Shown: positions 46,114 through 56,557 of the stretch, one piece after another | Position numbering within the stretch: the stretch's first letter is position 1 | Layout: each line of letters begins with the position of its first letter | Assembly (NCBI GenBank): GCA_963713755.1 | Contig: CAVQMW010000005.1 | Coordinates: 1,455,119 to 1,519,118, forward strand | Length of the DNA: 64,000 bases | Direction of reading: 5' to 3' | Source of the DNA: an uncultured delta proteobacterium | GTDB lineage: Bacteria > Desulfobacterota > Desulfobacteria > Desulfobacterales > CAVQMW01 | Made by a program: the position numbers and the translations under genes | The notes under the pieces: generated by a model | What the model was told of the DNA's origin: nothing | Database searches by the model: none | Seen by the model: only the letters and a program-made list of their open reading frames with translations

Positions 46114-47760
46114 ATGAAGGTACCTAAGGTATTGTCCCGAGTCATCCTCGCAACGGTCGTGGCCCTGCTGTTATGCCCCTTGGCCTCGGCCCAGGAGCTG
46201 GCCAAAGAGCAGGTGCTGATGATCGCATTCGATGCTGGGGATGCCAAGAATCTCGATCCCCACCGGGCGGCCAGCACCGTGGATCGCTCCACGGTGGACC
46301 CCATCTTCAACGGGCTGGTGCGCTACCCTCCGGGACAACAGGTGGATGTGGAGCCGGACCTGGCGGAAAGCTGGCAAACCTCCCCCGACGGCAAGACCTG
46401 GAGCTTCAAGCTGCGCCAAGGGGTGATGTTCCATCCCTATGAAAAACAGCCCCAGGGCTATGAGCTGACCGCCGCGGATGTGGTCTATTCCCTGGAGCGG
46501 GCCGCCAATCCCGATTTTTCCTCCTATGCCGGGGAGTATACCGGGCTGACCTTCAAGGCCGTGGATGACTACACAGTGGAGATCGGTATCCAGCAACCCG
46601 TTTCGGCGCCCCTCTTCCTGGCCAAGTTTGCCAACTATGCCGGGGGCTTTGTCGTGTCCCAAAAGGCCATCGAGGAGATGGGCAACGAGTGGTTCCAGAC
46701 CCATCCGGTGGGTACGGGACCCTTTATGTTCCAGTCCTACGAACCCCGCCAGGAGATCACCTTGGCGGCCAATCCCGGCTACTTCCGCGGCGCGCCGATC
46801 CTGGAAAAGCTGGTGATCAAGTACATGCCCAATGTGGCTTCCCGGGAATTCGGCCTGCGCACCGGCGAGCTGCACGTAATCGAAGGCTTGAACGAGAGCA
46901 AATGGGTGGAGAAGATCGCCACCTTCCCCGAGGTTTCGGTGACCCCCTTCGGCCCTTGTGAAACCCAGATGCTGCACATCAACATGGCCAATGAAGTCTT
47001 TCAGGATATCCGGGTGCGCAAGGCCTTAAGTTATGCCATCAGCCGCGGGGAGGTGGCCGCTTTTATGGGCGAGAGCTTGGCCGAGCCCATCTATTCGGCG
47101 GCCATGGCGCCCCCGGCGCCCGGCGCCCTGACCCAAGCGGAAGCCGAAGCGGCCGGGGTGGTCTACGAGGGCGATATCGAGAAAGCCAAGGCCCTGCTCC
47201 AAGAGGCCGGTAAATCCGATCTGAGCTTCGAGGTGGTGATCAGCGAACTGGCCACCAGCTACCGTAAGCCCCTGGTAGGCCTCCAGGCCCAGGTGAAGAA
47301 GGCCGGTATCGACATGCAGCTCAAGGTGGTGGACCACGCCTCCTTTCACAGCCTGATCCGAAATGATGCCAGCCCCTTGGTCTATTATGCCTGCTGGCGG
47401 CCCAATGCCGATGTTTTCCTGACCCGCTTCTACCACAGCGCTTCGGAAGTGGTGAAGGGCGCCAAGCCGGACACCAACTTCTCCCATTACGGGGCCGTGG
47501 ACGCGGACGGAGACGGGACGGTCGACACCATCGATGCCCTCATCGAGCAGGCGCGCTTCGAATTGGACGGTGACAAACAGGCCGCCCTCTGGAAGGAGGC
47601 CCAGATCGAACTGCTGAAAAATGCGGCCCTAGTGCCCATCATCCGGCTCAAGTACGCCTTTCCCATGAAGTCCTACGTGGATCTGGGACATCCCCTGGAG
47701 TTCAGCTGGCAAACCTACTCCCCCCAGATCACGGAACAGACCCGGATTCTGGCCCACTGA
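46114..47760 (+). CDS. Family-5 (OppA/DppA-like) periplasmic substrate-binding protein.
   Basis: An AAGGAGAG RBS precedes the ATG at 46114. Signal peptide MKVPKVLSRVILATVVALLLCPLASAQE; SBP_bac_5-like body. Confidence 0.8.
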   Translation: MKVPKVLSRVILATVVALLLCPLASAQELAKEQVLMIAFDAGDAKNLDPHRAASTVDRSTVDPIFNGLVRYPPGQQVDVEPDLAESWQTSPDGKTWSFKLRQGVMFHPYEKQPQGYELTAADVVYSLERAANPDFSSYAGEYTGLTFKAVDDYTVEIGIQQPVSAPLFLAKFANYAGGFVVSQKAIEEMGNEWFQTHPVGTGPFMFQSYEPRQEITLAANPGYFRGAPILEKLVIKYMPNVASREFGLRTGELHVIEGLNESKWVEKIATFPEVSVTPFGPCETQMLHINMANEVFQDIRVRKALSYAISRGEVAAFMGESLAEPIYSAAMAPPAPGALTQAEAEAAGVVYEGDIEKAKALLQEAGKSDLSFEVVISELATSYRKPLVGLQAQVKKAGIDMQLKVVDHASFHSLIRNDASPLVYYACWRPNADVFLTRFYHSASEVVKGAKPDTNFSHYGAVDADGDGTVDTIDALIEQARFELDGDKQAALWKEAQIELLKNAALVPIIRLKYAFPMKSYVDLGHPLEFSWQTYSPQITEQTRILAH

Positions 47761-47805
47761 TCCATGGCGGGATGCTAACCTTCAATTCAATTCCCCTGAT
47801 TAACT

Positions 47806-47906
47806 CCGCGGAGATGGCGTATGGTCGATAGAGTTCGTCATTCCCGCGGAGGCGGGGCACGCAGTGGAGCTTTAGCGCTATCTATTCTCAATATATTGAA
47901 TTCATT
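47806..47906. repeat. Second copy of the 101-bp core found inside the MITE (core at 42253-42353).
   Basis: 87/101 identical overall and 66/71 over the 3' block CGTCATTCCCGCG.AGGCGGGGCACGCAGTG.AGCTTTAGCGCTATC.AT.CTCAATATATTGAATT.ATT. It lies in the 258-bp gap between the SBP and first permease genes. Confidence 0.85.
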
Positions 47907-48018
47907 ATTAAATTAACACTCGCGGAGTCAAATGTGAGGCAGGGCTATCCCTTGATGAGAGGGGAGTTGCAAGGCTCCCGCAACCTGCTCCTGAATCAAG
48001 CCCGTAAAGTGGTCTGCC

Positions 48019-48960
48019 GTGTTTAAATACGCCATTCGCCGCATTCTGCAGAGCATCCCCATTCTGATCATCGTCTTGACGTTGGTCTTTGTGGTGGTAC
48101 GCGTGCTGCCGGGGGACCCGGCCGTGGCGGCCCTGGGCGACTACGCCAGTGAAGAGGCGGTCCAAGCCCTGCGGATGAAGCTGGGACTCAACGAACCCAT
48201 CTGGCTCCAGTATCTGCGCTTCCTGGGGCGTCTGGCCCGGGGGGACTTGGGAATTTCGGCCATTACCGGCTATCCCGTGGCCAAACAGGTGCTGCAGGTG
48301 CTGCCTTACACCCTGGAGCTGACCTTTTGCGCCATTCTTTTCGGCTATCTCCTGGGGGTGCCTTTGGGGATCTCCGCGGCGGTGCACCGCAACAGCTTCA
48401 TCGACTACTTCAATCGCATTTTCTCCCTGCTGGGCCTGTCGGTGCCGGCCTTCTATCTGGGGATCATTCTGATTCTGCTCTTTTCCATCATCTTTCCCAT
48501 CTTTCCGGTGGTGGGGGGCGGCGAGTTCTGGGACCTGAAGGACAACCTGCGGCACCTGGCCCTGCCCGGATTCTCCCTGGGGCTGCTGATGATGGCCTAT
48601 GTGACCCGCATGACCCGCTCGGCGATTCTGGATGTGCTCCGGGAGGATTATGTGCGCACAGCCCATGCCAAGGGCGTCCTGGAGCGCCTGGTGCTCTACA
48701 AGCACGTACTGCGCAACGCCCTGATTCCCATTGTGGCCCTGGGCGGGTTGTATGCCGTGGTGCTCATCGGCTCGTCGGTAATGGTGGAGATCGTCTTCTC
48801 CCGTCCCGGGCTGGGCAAACTCATGGTGGGGGCCATCAAACAGCGGGATTACACCACCCTGCAATCGGTGATGGTGATTTATGCGGTGCTGGTGGTGCTG
48901 ATCAACCTGGCCACGGATCTGATTTACGGGCTTATCGATCCGCGGATTAAATATGACTAA
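48019..48960 (+). CDS. Dpp/Opp-type ABC permease (DppB-like).
   Basis: 313 aa. N-terminus MFKYAIRRILQSIPILIIV; motif YVRTAHAKG. Confidence 0.85.
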   Translation: MFKYAIRRILQSIPILIIVLTLVFVVVRVLPGDPAVAALGDYASEEAVQALRMKLGLNEPIWLQYLRFLGRLARGDLGISAITGYPVAKQVLQVLPYTLELTFCAILFGYLLGVPLGISAAVHRNSFIDYFNRIFSLLGLSVPAFYLGIILILLFSIIFPIFPVVGGGEFWDLKDNLRHLALPGFSLGLLMMAYVTRMTRSAILDVLREDYVRTAHAKGVLERLVLYKHVLRNALIPIVALGGLYAVVLIGSSVMVEIVFSRPGLGKLMVGAIKQRDYTTLQSVMVIYAVLVVLINLATDLIYGLIDPRIKYD

Positions 48961-49870
48961 CGCTCAGGATAATTTTATGGCGGACATCGATACAGCCGCG
49001 TCCTTCGATGGCGAGATGCTGGTGGAGATCTCCCAGCGGCGCCGCATGTGGCTGGCTTTTCGCCGCAACAAGACCGCCATGTTCGGTGGAATTCTGGCGA
49101 TTGCCATCGTGCTGACGGCGATCTTCGCGCCCGTGCTCGCGCCCTACGATCCTCTGGCCCAGAACGCCCTGGCGCGGCTCAGCCCCAGCAGCGCGGCCCA
49201 CTGGCTGGGGAGCGACGATTTCGGCCGGGATGTTTTTTCACGGATCATCTGGGGTAGCCGGGTGAGCCTGATCATCGGTCTCAGCTCGGTATTGGCCGGG
49301 CTGCTGGTGGGCACCGCCATGGGCATGGTGGCCGGCTATTACGGCGGCAAGGTGGAAACCCTGATCATGCGCGCCGTGGATGTGCTGATGTGCTTTCCCG
49401 ACCTGATCCTGGCCATTGCCGTCACCGCGGTTCTGGGGGCCAACCTGGTGAACCTGATTATCACCATCGCCATCGTCATGACGCCCCGTTTTGCCCGGCT
49501 CTCCCACGGCCAGCTACTCAAAATGAAGGAGAGCGAGTATGTGGTGGCGGCCCAGGCCATCGGTGCCCGGGTACCGCGGATCATCGTCCGACACATTTTT
49601 CCCAACATTTTCGGGGAGCTGCTCGTGGCCGGAACCCTCTGGGTGGGGGTCGCCATCCGTCTGGAAGCCAATCTGGCCTTCATCGGTCTGGGGGTTCAGC
49701 CGCCCACGCCCACCTGGGGCAACATGATCCGGGAGGGAGTGGATGTGTTGATCAACGCCCCGGGCATTTCCATTTACTCCGGCCTCTGCATCCTGATCAC
49801 CATTTTGGCCTTCAACACTCTGGGGGACGGCATCCGCGACATGATCGATCCCCGACTCAGAGGAGCGTGA
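48953..49870 (+). CDS. Dpp/Opp-type ABC permease (DppC-like).
   Basis: 305 aa. Motifs HWLGSDDFGRDVFSRIIWG and EYVVAAQAIGA. Confidence 0.85.
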   Translation: MTNAQDNFMADIDTAASFDGEMLVEISQRRRMWLAFRRNKTAMFGGILAIAIVLTAIFAPVLAPYDPLAQNALARLSPSSAAHWLGSDDFGRDVFSRIIWGSRVSLIIGLSSVLAGLLVGTAMGMVAGYYGGKVETLIMRAVDVLMCFPDLILAIAVTAVLGANLVNLIITIAIVMTPRFARLSHGQLLKMKESEYVVAAQAIGARVPRIIVRHIFPNIFGELLVAGTLWVGVAIRLEANLAFIGLGVQPPTPTWGNMIREGVDVLINAPGISIYSGLCILITILAFNTLGDGIRDMIDPRLRGA

Positions 49871-49876
49871 TCCGCC

Positions 49877-50908
49877 ATGGCCGCCACCCCAACCCACTCC
49901 CCTGCCCCGCTGCTGGAGATCCGGAACCTGAAAACCTATTTCAACACCGACGAGGGGCTGGCCCGGGCCGTGGACGGCATGGATCTGGTCATCCGCAAGG
50001 GAAAAACCCTGGGGGTGATCGGCGAGTCAGGCTGCGGCAAGAGCGTTTCGGCGCTCTCCGTGATGCGGCTGATCCCCCAGCCGCCGGGGAAGATCGTGCA
50101 GGGGCAGATTATCTTTAAAGGTTCGGATCTCTTAGAGAAAACCCCTTCTGAAATGCGCCGCATCCGGGGCAACGAGATCGCCATGATCTTCCAGGAGCCC
50201 ATGACCTCCCTCAACCCGGTGTTCACCATCGGCAATCAGATCAGCGAACCCCTGATCCAGCACCAAAAATTAGATAAAGCCGCGGCCCGCAAAAAGGCCA
50301 TCGAAAGTTTGCGGCACGTGGGGATTCCCTCGCCGGAAAAGCGCATCGACGCCTACCCCCACCAGCTCAGCGGCGGCATGCGCCAGCGGGCCATGATCGC
50401 CATGGCCCTGGCCTGCGAGCCGGATCTGCTGATCGCCGACGAGCCCACCACGGCCCTGGACGTCACCATCCAGGCCCAGATTCTGGAGCTGATCCGGGGC
50501 ATCAAGGCGGAATACGGCATGTCGGTGATGATGATCACCCACGATCTGGGGGTGGTGGCCGAGGTCGCCGATGAGGTGGTGGTGGCCTATGGCGGAAAAG
50601 CCATGGAGTACACCGATGTGGTGACCATCTTCAAACACCCCAAGCATCCCTACACCCAGGCGCTCTACGACTCCATTCCGCGGCTCAGCGACACCCGCAA
50701 GCGCCGGCTGGAGGTGATACGGGGCAACGTGCCCAACCCCTTGAATTTTCCTTCGGGATGCCGGTTTCATCCCCGCTGCAAGGATGCCCGCGCGGTGTGC
50801 CGCGGCCAGGCCCCGCAACTGGAGACCGTGGCCCCGGGTCATCAGGTGCGCTGCTTTAAATACAATGCGGAAAAAAGCGCCCTTTTCAAAGTAGGATCCG
50901 GGTTATGA
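49877..50908 (+). CDS. Dpp/Opp-type ABC ATP-binding protein (DppD-like).
   Basis: [34 protein letters not shown] and a C-terminal CRFHPRC motif. Confidence 0.85.
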   Translation: MAATPTHSPAPLLEIRNLKTYFNTDEGLARAVDGMDLVIRKGKTLGVIGESGCGKSVSALSVMRLIPQPPGKIVQGQIIFKGSDLLEKTPSEMRRIRGNEIAMIFQEPMTSLNPVFTIGNQISEPLIQHQKLDKAAARKKAIESLRHVGIPSPEKRIDAYPHQLSGGMRQRAMIAMALACEPDLLIADEPTTALDVTIQAQILELIRGIKAEYGMSVMMITHDLGVVAEVADEVVVAYGGKAMEYTDVVTIFKHPKHPYTQALYDSIPRLSDTRKRRLEVIRGNVPNPLNFPSGCRFHPRCKDARAVCRGQAPQLETVAPGHQVRCFKYNAEKSALFKVGSGL

Positions 50909-51915
50909 ACGACACCAGCGGCGATCTGCTCCAGGTCCGCGACCTGAAAAAATATTTTCCCATCCGGGGAGGTGTGTTTTCCAAGGTGGTGGGTCAGGTC
51001 AAGGCCGTGGATGGCATCAGCTTCTCCTTGAAAACGGGTGAAATCCTGGGGCTGGTGGGCGAATCGGGCTGCGGCAAGACCACCGCCGGCCGGGTGATGC
51101 TGGGTCTGATGCCCCCGACGCAAGGCGAGGTTCAATTCGAGGGCACGGACATTTTCAGCCTGAGCCGGGAGCAGCTACGCCTCACACGCCGGCACATGCA
51201 GATTATTTTTCAGGATCCTTACGCCTCCCTTAATCCGCGCATGACCGTGGCGAGCATCATCGCCGAACCCTTGAAGATTCACCTGGGGCTGGCCCGCGCC
51301 CGGCGGCGGGAGCGGGTGGCCGATTTGCTCACCACCGTGGGGCTCAGCGCCGATCATATGCAGCGCTATCCTCATGAGTTCAGCGGGGGCCAACGCCAGC
51401 GCATCGGCATTGCCCGCGCCTTGGCCCTGAATCCCAAGCTGATCGTATGCGATGAGGCGGTCTCGGCCCTGGACGTCTCTATCCAGGCCCAGGTGATCAA
51501 CCTGCTGGAGGACCTCCAGGCGCAGTTCGGCTTTGCCTACCTTTTCATCGCCCATGACCTGAGCGTCATCAAGCACATCTCCAGCCGGGTGGCGGTGATG
51601 TACCTGGGGCGGATCGTGGAGGCCGCGGAGACAGCGCAGCTTTTCAGCCGCCCCCTGCACCCTTATACCGAGGCCCTGCTATCGGCGGTGCCGGTGCCGG
51701 ATCCTACCCTGCGGCGCAGGCGGATCGTTTTGCAGGGTGACGTCCCCAGCCCCATTCATCCTCCCTCGGGTTGCCATTTCCGGACCCGCTGCCCCTTTGC
51801 TCAAGATATTTGCAGCCAAAAAACGCCGCCGCTGATTGAGATTCACAAGAGCCACCAGGCGGCCTGCCATTTCATTCAGCCGGGCCGGCAGCAGGGGTTG
51901 TCCCGGGGCGATTGA
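50905..51915 (+). CDS. Dpp/Opp-type ABC ATP-binding protein (DppF-like).
   Basis: [35 protein letters not shown] and CHFRTRCP. There is a 4-nt overlap with the upstream gene. Confidence 0.85.
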   Translation: MNDTSGDLLQVRDLKKYFPIRGGVFSKVVGQVKAVDGISFSLKTGEILGLVGESGCGKTTAGRVMLGLMPPTQGEVQFEGTDIFSLSREQLRLTRRHMQIIFQDPYASLNPRMTVASIIAEPLKIHLGLARARRRERVADLLTTVGLSADHMQRYPHEFSGGQRQRIGIARALALNPKLIVCDEAVSALDVSIQAQVINLLEDLQAQFGFAYLFIAHDLSVIKHISSRVAVMYLGRIVEAAETAQLFSRPLHPYTEALLSAVPVPDPTLRRRRIVLQGDVPSPIHPPSGCHFRTRCPFAQDICSQKTPPLIEIHKSHQAACHFIQPGRQQGLSRGD

Positions 51916-52146
51916 GTCTTCAATGGAAATAAGGGGCTGTATTTGATTTCTAGCGGTTTGCCTTCTGGGTTAGCTATAATTTTGGCTCAAGTTTGGACGC
52001 TGGATGCCGATGAATCTATGGATGATTGATATTACTCACCACATGGAATATGATATTCTAAATTTTTGCGCCTTGCTGAGCGGGCGCCTGAACTCTGACA
52101 ATCTGCAAATTTTTATTTCTACGCGAACCCTTAGAGTTAATTTTCA

Positions 52147-54807
52147 GTGAATGGATCGCCCTTAAAACTCAATCTAGTATACACGCTGGTGCTGGCAGCG
52201 GGCATTGCACTGATCTGGCTGTTGGAGCACAGCGGTCTTTTTTTAGGGTTCGACCAATACAGTTACGATCTGTTGTTCGGGTTACGCGGCCCGCGGGCGG
52301 CCAGTGATCGCGTGGCCATTGTGGCCATTGACGAAAAAACCCTGGAGCGTCATGGCCGCTGGCCGCTGGGCCGCGATATCTATGCCCGGGCATTGGCGCG
52401 GCTGGAATCGGCCGCGGCGGTGGGCATCGATCTGATTTTCACCGAACCCAGTTCCCAAGATGAAAGCCTGGGCCAGGCCATCAGCGCCCACGGCCGCGTG
52501 GTGCTGCCGGCCTACATCGATATGAGCAGCAGCCTGGCCCGCCCGCTGGGCGATTTTCGTGCCGCTCGGATCGGGCATGCCCATTTGGAGCAGGACGCCG
52601 ATGGGGTGGTGCGCACCATGTACCACTCCATTTACCATCAAGACCAGTTGCTGCCCTCCTTCGCCTCCCAGCTGTTTGTGATGTTGCCGGGAACCCAATT
52701 TGAACATCGCTTGCCGGAACATCTCTCCGCCGGACGGTTTCGACCCCGGGGGATATTTCAAACCGACCGGATGGGGATCAACTACTGCGGCCCCCAGGGA
52801 ACCTTTGAGACCGTCAGCATGGCGGATCTTTTGGACGGCCGCGTTCAACCGCAAATTTTCAAAGATAGAATCGTTCTGATCGGTGTCACGGCCGACGGCA
52901 TCCTGAGCGGTCTGCCCACGCCTTATTCAGGAAAACGCAGCCGCTTCCCCGAGGTCGAAATTCACGCCAATAGTCTCAATACACTGCTGCAGGCCAATCC
53001 GGTGCGGTCCATCGCCCCGGGACTGGGCACGCTGTTGGTGGTGGTGTTGGGGGGGCTGGGCCTTGTCGTTTTTGCCAGAGTCAATGGCTTGCGGGCGATC
53101 CTGGTTCTGCTAGTGGGTTTGTTGCTGGTTCTGGCGGCCTCATTTTTCCTGTTCAGCGGATTTAACCGTTGGCTCGCCCCGGCAGCCCCGGTGATGGTGA
53201 TCCTGGTGGCGTTTGTTCTGGCCTATATCTATAATCTGCAACGGCTCAGCGGGCGTCTGCAGGTGGCCAAGTATCAGTGGGAAAGCTCTTTTAACACCAT
53301 CGACGACGCAGTGCTCATCCATGACCTTAGCGGCAAGATCGTCCGGGCCAATCAGGCTTTGACCACTGCATTCAATCCAGAGCTGAAATCCCGATTGGAG
53401 GAACGCTGTCGCGTCCTCATGGGCCGATCGGGCGGTTTGAAACAGAACCCCGGCTCTGGGGACTGGCCCCAAGCCTTTGAGGATGATCTCGGAAATGATC
53501 TTGAGATTGGCCAGGGTGCCCAACGTCAGATCGTCGAAGTGAAGTCTCTGCCTCAATTTGACGCCCATCGGCGCTACCAGGGAATGGTCCAGATTGCCCG
53601 GGACATCACCGCTCGCAGGCAGGCGGATGAGGAACGGCGGGTCCTGCAGACCCAACTGATCGAGGCTCAGAAGATGGAGGCCATCGGTACGTTGGCGGGC
53701 GGGATCGCCCATGATTTTAACAACATACTGTCTGGTATTATGGGTTATACCGAATTGTCCCTCATGGATCTCAAGGGGGACGGGAAACTGCAGGACAATT
53801 TGCGGGAAATTCTCAAGGCCGGCGAGCGCGCCCGGGACCTTGTGCAGCAGATTCTCACCTTCAGCCGCCGGGCGGACCCGGAGCATACCCTGCTCCGGCT
53901 GGATCAGGTGGTGGAGGATGGCCTCAAGCTGCTGAAATCCATTTTGCCCAGCACCATCGCCGTGACCTCGGACATTAAATCGCCCTCGGTGATCCAGGGC
54001 GACGCAACCCAGTGTCATCAAATCATCATGAACCTGGGCACCAACGCTTATCACGCCATGCAGCCCGAAGGGGGGACACTATCTGTCTCGCTGGTGCATT
54101 TCACCCTGGAGCCCAACGCTTCCCACAGCCCGCCGAACCTATCCCCGGGCGAGTATGTGTTAATCACCGTGAAAGACACCGGCGGCGGCATTGCGCCGGA
54201 CACCTCCCGGCGCATCTTCGAGCCCTACTACACCACCAAATCCATCGGCAAGGGAACCGGATTGGGCTTGGCGGTGGTGCATGGCATTGTCAAGGACTTG
54301 GATGGCGCCATTACCATGGAGAGCAGCCTGGGCCAAGGCACCACCTTCAGTGTGTACCTGCCGCGGGTTTCGGATGCCCCCCAGGTCGACCAAACGGAAC
54401 AAGAGGCCGAACTGCGCAGCGGCAGCGGACACATTCTATTTGTGGACGACTCCCCGGAACTGGTGCAAATCGGAGGACAGATGCTGACTCATCTGGGGTA
54501 CCAGGTCACATTTTCCACCAGCAGCAATGAAGTGTTCGAGATTTTCAGCGCCGATCCGGATCGCTACGATGCCCTGATCACCGACATGACCATGCCCGAA
54601 ATGACCGGAGATCGCCTGGCCCAGATGATTTTGAGCATTCGGCCCGACCTGCCCATTATTTTATGCACCGGTTACCATCAAGGGATCAACCAGGAGACAG
54701 CGGTTGCCCTGGGCATCCGGCGCCTGCTCATGAAACCGATTAAGATTGATGTGCTGGCTGAAGCGCTGCACGCGGTTCTGCCTTCAGATGAAACGGATGC
54801 ACCCTAA
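52147..54807 (+). CDS. CHASE2-PAS hybrid sensor histidine kinase with a C-terminal receiver.
   Basis: The CHASE2-like N-domain contains VAIVAIDEKTLERHGRWPLGR, followed by TM helices. The H-box is GGIAHDFNNIL. HATPase motifs are DTGGGI and GTGLGLAVVHG. The REC region contains ILFVDD...DALITDMTMPEMTG. Confidence 0.85.
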   Translation: MNGSPLKLNLVYTLVLAAGIALIWLLEHSGLFLGFDQYSYDLLFGLRGPRAASDRVAIVAIDEKTLERHGRWPLGRDIYARALARLESAAAVGIDLIFTEPSSQDESLGQAISAHGRVVLPAYIDMSSSLARPLGDFRAARIGHAHLEQDADGVVRTMYHSIYHQDQLLPSFASQLFVMLPGTQFEHRLPEHLSAGRFRPRGIFQTDRMGINYCGPQGTFETVSMADLLDGRVQPQIFKDRIVLIGVTADGILSGLPTPYSGKRSRFPEVEIHANSLNTLLQANPVRSIAPGLGTLLVVVLGGLGLVVFARVNGLRAILVLLVGLLLVLAASFFLFSGFNRWLAPAAPVMVILVAFVLAYIYNLQRLSGRLQVAKYQWESSFNTIDDAVLIHDLSGKIVRANQALTTAFNPELKSRLEERCRVLMGRSGGLKQNPGSGDWPQAFEDDLGNDLEIGQGAQRQIVEVKSLPQFDAHRRYQGMVQIARDITARRQADEERRVLQTQLIEAQKMEAIGTLAGGIAHDFNNILSGIMGYTELSLMDLKGDGKLQDNLREILKAGERARDLVQQILTFSRRADPEHTLLRLDQVVEDGLKLLKSILPSTIAVTSDIKSPSVIQGDATQCHQIIMNLGTNAYHAMQPEGGTLSVSLVHFTLEPNASHSPPNLSPGEYVLITVKDTGGGIAPDTSRRIFEPYYTTKSIGKGTGLGLAVVHGIVKDLDGAITMESSLGQGTTFSVYLPRVSDAPQVDQTEQEAELRSGSGHILFVDDSPELVQIGGQMLTHLGYQVTFSTSSNEVFEIFSADPDRYDALITDMTMPEMTGDRLAQMILSIRPDLPIILCTGYHQGINQETAVALGIRRLLMKPIKIDVLAEALHAVLPSDETDAP

Positions 54808-54820
54808 AGGAGGAGCGGGC

Positions 54821-56488
54821 ATGTTCTCTCTTCGTTTTAGAAATCGGGCCTTTTCTTTGACCGTTCTTCTAGTAGGAGTGCTGTGGGCCGCCGCTGCCCA
54901 TGCCCAGGAAGAGTTCCTGGAAGTCACGGTGAAGCGGGGAGACAGCCTCTATGGGATCTGCAACATCTATTTGGAGAAATTCAGCCAGTGGCCGGAAATC
55001 GCCAAGTTCAACAACCTTGGGGATGCCCACCGGCTCATACCGGGCCAACGACTGAAAATCCCGGTGCACCTGCTCCAGGGAACACCCCTGATCGGCAAGG
55101 TGTCCTTCGCCAAGGGCGAGGTACATATCCGGGCCGGCGCCGACCTGGCGTGGGTTCCCCTCAAGCTGGGGGACCTGGTGCGCCAGCGGGACTGGCTCCG
55201 TACAGGGGCTGCCAGCGCTCTTGAGATTCAATTTGACGACGGTGACACCCTGTTTCTGCCCTCCCAAAGCACTGCGGAGATGACGCTTCTGCGCTCTAAA
55301 AGTTTCACCCACCGGCTCTATGAGATATTCTTGGAAACCGGCCGGATCATAACCAAGATCCGTAAAATCACCGGCAAGGAATCGCGGTTTGAGATTCAGA
55401 CCCCTTCCACGGTGGCGGCCGTGCGTGGTACGGACTTTCGGATCGCCAGCGATGCGCTGAAAACATCGCGCTGCGAGGTTCTGGAAGGCCGGTTGGTGGT
55501 CACCGCCCAAGATAAAGGGGTCGCCCTGGATCAATACGAAGGCACCCTGATCGCTCTTAATCAGGCGCCCTTGAAGCCCCGCCCGCTGCTTCTGGCCCCC
55601 CGGCCGCAGGACCTGAAACCGCTCTACCGCCAGCTTCCCCTGCGGATTGCCGTTGGCCAGGTAGATAAGGCCGCGGCCTATCGCCTGCAGGTGGCCCGAG
55701 ACCCGACAATCAAAGATCTGGTCAAGGATCTGACGGTCGGTCCGGGGGAATCATTCCAGATCATGGATATTGAGGATGGTCAATATTACATCGGACTGAC
55801 CGCCCTGGATGCCGAAGGAGTGGAGGGCCGTCCCAGTGAAGCCATCGTGCTCAAGGTGCGCACCAACCCCCGGCCGCCGTTTTTGAGTTCAGCTAAGGAG
55901 GGCAAACTGTTTTTTGAAAAACGCGCCCAATTTGAATGGCTCAAGGTTTCCGATGCCGTTGCCTATCGTCTCCAGATCGCCGCCGATTCCGGATTCGAGG
56001 GCATCGTCCTGGATCAGGAACAAAAGGCCGACGCCCTTTCCTTGACAGCCCCCCTGGAATCAGGAAATTACTTTTTTCGGGTCGCGTCCCTGGCCGCCGA
56101 TGGGTATCAAGGGGTATGGTCCGATCCCACAACTTTCGCCATCACCCCCAATCCGCCACTGACCTCAGATCCCGAGATCGGAGAGGACCAGATTACCTTG
56201 CGCTGGAGCGATGCCGGGGATCAATTCAGCTATCACTTCCAACTTTCCGCGGACGAAGATTTCAGTGATATCCGCCTGGATAGACCCATTGATGCCCCCC
56301 AGCTCACCCTGCCGCGTCCCGAAACCGCCGGCACCTATTACACCCGGGTCAGCACGGTCAGCCCCCAAGGCGTGGAGGGCGCGTTCAGCCCGCCCCAGAG
56401 TTTTCATGTGGTAGCGCCGCCCAGTTGGCTCGACAGGGTGCTCGGTATCGGCGCGCCCCTGGTGATTGTCCTGCTGCTCATGATCTGA
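54821..56488 (+). CDS. Secreted LysM-FecR protein with three roughly 90-aa beta-rich repeats and a C-terminal TM anchor.
   Basis: An AAGGAGG RBS is present, and a signal peptide ends AAAHAQE. The LysM region is VKRGDSLYGICNIY..IPGQRLKIP. The FecR region contains GDWLRTGAASALEIQFDDGD..VRGTDFRI. The repeats are marked by AYRLQVA.D, AYRLQIAADSGF and SYHFQLSADEDF. Confidence 0.75.
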   Translation: MFSLRFRNRAFSLTVLLVGVLWAAAAHAQEEFLEVTVKRGDSLYGICNIYLEKFSQWPEIAKFNNLGDAHRLIPGQRLKIPVHLLQGTPLIGKVSFAKGEVHIRAGADLAWVPLKLGDLVRQRDWLRTGAASALEIQFDDGDTLFLPSQSTAEMTLLRSKSFTHRLYEIFLETGRIITKIRKITGKESRFEIQTPSTVAAVRGTDFRIASDALKTSRCEVLEGRLVVTAQDKGVALDQYEGTLIALNQAPLKPRPLLLAPRPQDLKPLYRQLPLRIAVGQVDKAAAYRLQVARDPTIKDLVKDLTVGPGESFQIMDIEDGQYYIGLTALDAEGVEGRPSEAIVLKVRTNPRPPFLSSAKEGKLFFEKRAQFEWLKVSDAVAYRLQIAADSGFEGIVLDQEQKADALSLTAPLESGNYFFRVASLAADGYQGVWSDPTTFAITPNPPLTSDPEIGEDQITLRWSDAGDQFSYHFQLSADEDFSDIRLDRPIDAPQLTLPRPETAGTYYTRVSTVSPQGVEGAFSPPQSFHVVAPPSWLDRVLGIGAPLVIVLLLMI

Positions 56489-56557
56489 GGGTAGAGATCC
56501 ATCTGTTTTAGCGGGCTGGCGCCCGCCCCAGCCGTCGGCCTATTCCCGCAAACATTG

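Noticed and set aside
28565-54054. Many long antisense or alternative-frame ORFs in GC-rich genes. Examples are 28565-29473, 30079-30729, 34606-35520, 35536-36429, 41166-42119, 46171-46977, 47908-48864, 48327-48950, 50270-50842 and 53140-54054.
   Set aside because: Each lies opposite or out of frame to a gene with clear family motifs (acyl-CoA ligase, ABC components, KamA, kinases). Their translations are biased (H/G/R/P/A-rich) and lack motifs, RBSs and sensible boundaries.
56503-56530. The hairpin GCGGGC-TGGC-GCCCGC between the convergent LysM-FecR and DMT-like genes as a bidirectional terminator.
   Set aside because: The stem is only 6 bp and no U-tract follows on either strand. It is not convincing as an intrinsic terminator.
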